A DNA stretch of 8,459 nucleotides from assembly GCA_043228905.1 (NCBI GenBank), contig JBHGNT010001437.1, positions 1 through 8,459 on the forward strand, read 5' to 3'. The position numbers and the translations under genes were made by a program. Under the pieces are notes generated by a model. It was not told the DNA's origin, did no database searches, and was given only the letters and a program-made list of their open reading frames with translations. Shown piece after piece: positions 6,139 to 8,459 of this stretch; position 1 is the first letter of the stretch; each line of letters opens with the position of its first letter. Origin of the DNA: Azolla caroliniana (lineage: Eukaryota; Plantae; Polypodiophyta).

Positions 6139-8459
6139 CGGCATGGGATGTCTCTCCAATCCGATCCTCTTCCGGCATGCTTCCAGCTTGTCAGGTGTGA
6201 GCACCTTGGTCAGCATATCCGACCCGTTCTCGTCCGTGTGGACCTTCGTCAGCACGAACTCCTTGTCTTCTATCCTTTCCCGGATCCAGTGATATCTTCG
6301 CTGGATGTGCTTCGTCCGGGAGTGATAGGCCGCGTTCTTCGCAAGGTGGATTGCACTCTGACTGTCGCAGTAGAGTCGGTACTCCTCCTGTCGGATACCG
6401 AGCTCTCCAATGAAGTCCTTCATCCATATTATTTCCTTGCCGGCTTCAACAGCCGCCATGTACTCCGCCTCCGTGGTTGACAACGCAACCGTCTTCTGCA
6501 GCCTCGACTGCCATGAAACAGCTCCCCCTGCATACGTCATCACATACCCTGATGTGGACCGGCTGGTATCTGCATCAGCCGACATATCCGAATCGGTGAA
6601 GCCGTCGAGTTCGGGCTTACCGGAGCCGAATCGGAGGCACACGTTTGCCGTGCCCTTTAGGTATCGGAGTATCCACTTGGCCGCGTTCCAATGCTCTTTG
6701 CCGGGATTGCTCATGTACCGGCTCACCACTCCGACTGCATATCCTATGTCCGGTCTCGTACACACCATGGCGTACATCAAGCTCCCGACGGCTGAGGCAT
6801 ACGGCACTTTCATCATATCCTCCTTTTCAGCCTTTGTCTTGGGACTTTGCTTGTTGGACAGCTTGCAGTTTGTCGGGAGGGTCGATCCGACCGGCCTTGC
6901 TTCCGACATGTTGAACCGTTTAAGCACCTTTGTCACGTACTTCTCCTGTGACAGCCACAACTGCTTCTTGCTCCGGTCCCGGATGATGTGCATCCCTAGT
7001 ATTTGTCTCGCCGGACCCAAGTCCTTCATTGAGAAGGTTCGGTGAAGAGCCTTCTTCAGCATCCGTATCTTGACCTGGTCCCGTCCGACGATCAACATGT
7101 CGTCCACGTACAGGAGGAGTATTAGAAAGTCTCCTCCTTCGAACTTCTTCACAAACACGCAGTGGTCGGACTGCGTTTTGAGGTACCCTTCGTCGGTCAT
7201 GAAGGAGTCGAACTTCCGGTACCATTGCCGGGGAGCCTGCTTCAGTCCGTAGAGGCTCTTCTTCAACCGGCATACCAGGTGCTCCTTCCCTTTCTTCTCG
7301 AATCCTTCCGGTTGCTGCATGTAGATCTCTTCTTCGAGGTCACCGTGAAGGAATGCCGTCTTCACGTCCATCTGTTCTACCTCGAGGTCCATGCTTGCCG
7401 CTATGCTCAGCACCGTCCGGATGGAGGTCATCTTCACTACCGGGGCAAATATCTCGTCGAAGTCGACGCCCTTCTTCTGCTGAAACCCCTTCACCACGAT
7501 CCTGGCTTTGTATCTCGGGGGGTTTCCGGCATCTCCCGGTTTCAGCTTGAACACCCACTTGTTTCGAAGTGCCCGCTTTCCTTTCGGCAACTCCACAAGT
7601 TCATATGTGTGGTTCTCATGCAGGGAATCCATCTCGTCCTGCATGGCACTCAACCACCTGCGGCTCTGGGTGTCATGCTTTGCTTCTTCAAAGCTCTCCG
7701 GCTCCCCCTCGTCGGTTAGCAGTACGTGCTCTGGTTCCGGAAATCTCCGGGGGGCCCTTCTCTCTCTTAGAGGATATCTCCGTTCCGGAGCTTCGGTAAC
7801 CGGTTCTTCCGATTCTTCTTCATCCGAATCCATTTCGGGATCGGGGCCGGTTCCGGTATCATTTTCATCTTCTTCGGCCGGTTCTGTTTCTTCACCGTCT
7901 TCGGCCGGATCCTCGAGTGCTAACCGGTCCCTTGCCGGTCGGGACTGCTCCTCGTAGAGTTGATCCTCACCGGTCGACTTGGAGCTCTTCATCTTCTTCT
8001 CCGACTCCCAGTCGGCGAGTGTCTTGTTCTCCATGAAGATGATATCACGACTCCGGAATATCTTCTTGTCGACCGGGTCCCATACTTGGTAGCCGAACTC
8101 GTCATCGCCGTAACCGAGGAATATGCATGGCCGGGTCTTTGGATCTAGCTTTCCTCTCCGGTCCTTTGCCACATGCACGTATGCGAGACACCCGAACACC
8201 TTCAGATGCCGGTAGGATACTTCCCTACTGGTCCACACTCTCTGCGGCGTGTCTCCGTCCAAAGGTACTGAGGGTGATCTGTTTATCACGTATGTCGCCG
8301 TCGACATCGCCTCAGCCCAAAACCCCTTTGGTAATTCCGCATGCGCCAGCATACTCCGGACCCTCTCCATTATGGTCCGATTCATCCTCTCGGCCAGCCC
8401 GTTCAGTTCTGGCGTCTTCGGCACAGTAAACTCGAGCCGGATTCCCTTCGAGCGACAGT
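6133..8459 (-). CDS. pol: Copia Pol polyprotein, 5'-partial: integrase C-terminal half, reverse transcriptase (RVT_2 type), RNase H
   Basis: The frame is open to the window edge (CRSKGIRLEFTVPKTPELNGLAERMNRT). Integrase C-terminal motifs: HLKVFGC, KLDPK...CIFLGY. RT motifs: YKARIVVKGF, QMDVKTAFLHG, LYGLKQAPRQWY, LLYVDDM. RNase H motifs: FTDSD, TEAEY, CDSQSA, SDMLTK. The listed start at 8424 is an internal GTG, not the real start. Confidence 0.97.
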   Translation of the reverse strand, partial: CRSKGIRLEFTVPKTPELNGLAERMNRTIMERVRSMLAHAELPKGFWAEAMSTATYVINRSPSVPLDGDTPQRVWTSREVSYRHLKVFGCLAYVHVAKDRRGKLDPKTRPCIFLGYGDDEFGYQVWDPVDKKIFRSRDIIFMENKTLADWESEKKMKSSKSTGEDQLYEEQSRPARDRLALEDPAEDGEETEPAEEDENDTGTGPDPEMDSDEEESEEPVTEAPERRYPLRERRAPRRFPEPEHVLLTDEGEPESFEEAKHDTQSRRWLSAMQDEMDSLHENHTYELVELPKGKRALRNKWVFKLKPGDAGNPPRYKARIVVKGFQQKKGVDFDEIFAPVVKMTSIRTVLSIAASMDLEVEQMDVKTAFLHGDLEEEIYMQQPEGFEKKGKEHLVCRLKKSLYGLKQAPRQWYRKFDSFMTDEGYLKTQSDHCVFVKKFEGGDFLILLLYVDDMLIVGRDQVKIRMLKKALHRTFSMKDLGPARQILGMHIIRDRSKKQLWLSQEKYVTKVLKRFNMSEARPVGSTLPTNCKLSNKQSPKTKAEKEDMMKVPYASAVGSLMYAMVCTRPDIGYAVGVVSRYMSNPGKEHWNAAKWILRYLKGTANVCLRFGSGKPELDGFTDSDMSADADTSRSTSGYVMTYAGGAVSWQSRLQKTVALSTTEAEYMAAVEAGKEIIWMKDFIGELGIRQEEYRLYCDSQSAIHLAKNAAYHSRTKHIQRRYHWIRERIEDKEFVLTKVHTDENGSDMLTKVLTPDKLEACRKRIGLERHPMPK

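Larger units (their letters stand above)
5510..8459 (-). mobile_element. Ty1/copia retrotransposon, Tnt1/Tork-like (element D), 3' half; continues past the right edge
   Basis: Uninterrupted IN-RT-RNase H frame followed by a PPT and a TG..CA LTR. Confidence 0.96.

Noticed and set aside
6148-8429. Numerous plus-strand and alternate-frame ORFs overlapping pol (e.g. 6410-7045, 7162-7719)
   Set aside because: These are antisense shadows expected from GC-rich coding sequence, with no recognisable domains.

Overview
This is plant nuclear DNA made up almost entirely of nested Ty1/copia LTR retrotransposons. No host gene was found. Left to right: (i) 1-255 is the U3/TATA part of a minus-strand LTR related to the element at the right. 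(ii) 256-1440 holds older LTR-like debris and a 171-bp tandem duplication. (iii) Element A (+, 1441-4181) is a degenerate copia with a 5' LTR, a tRNA-iMet PBS and a gag-PR-IN pseudogene, cut off in the IN-RT linker. (iv) A minus-strand LTR related to A's LTR (B) is now split into 4182-4230 and 5319-5509. (v) A 1088-bp TG..CA insertion (C, 4231-5318; 9-bp terminal IR, ATAG duplication) lies inside B and carries a CCGG-rich repeat and a tRNA-like A-box/B-box segment. (vi) Element D (-, from 5510 past the right edge) is an apparently young Tnt1/Tork-like copia with an uninterrupted IN-RT-RNase H frame, PPT and 3' LTR, inserted at B's TATA box. The best candidate for something undescribed is insertion C with its tRNA-like Pol III-type module. 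Everything here was read by eye without database searches.
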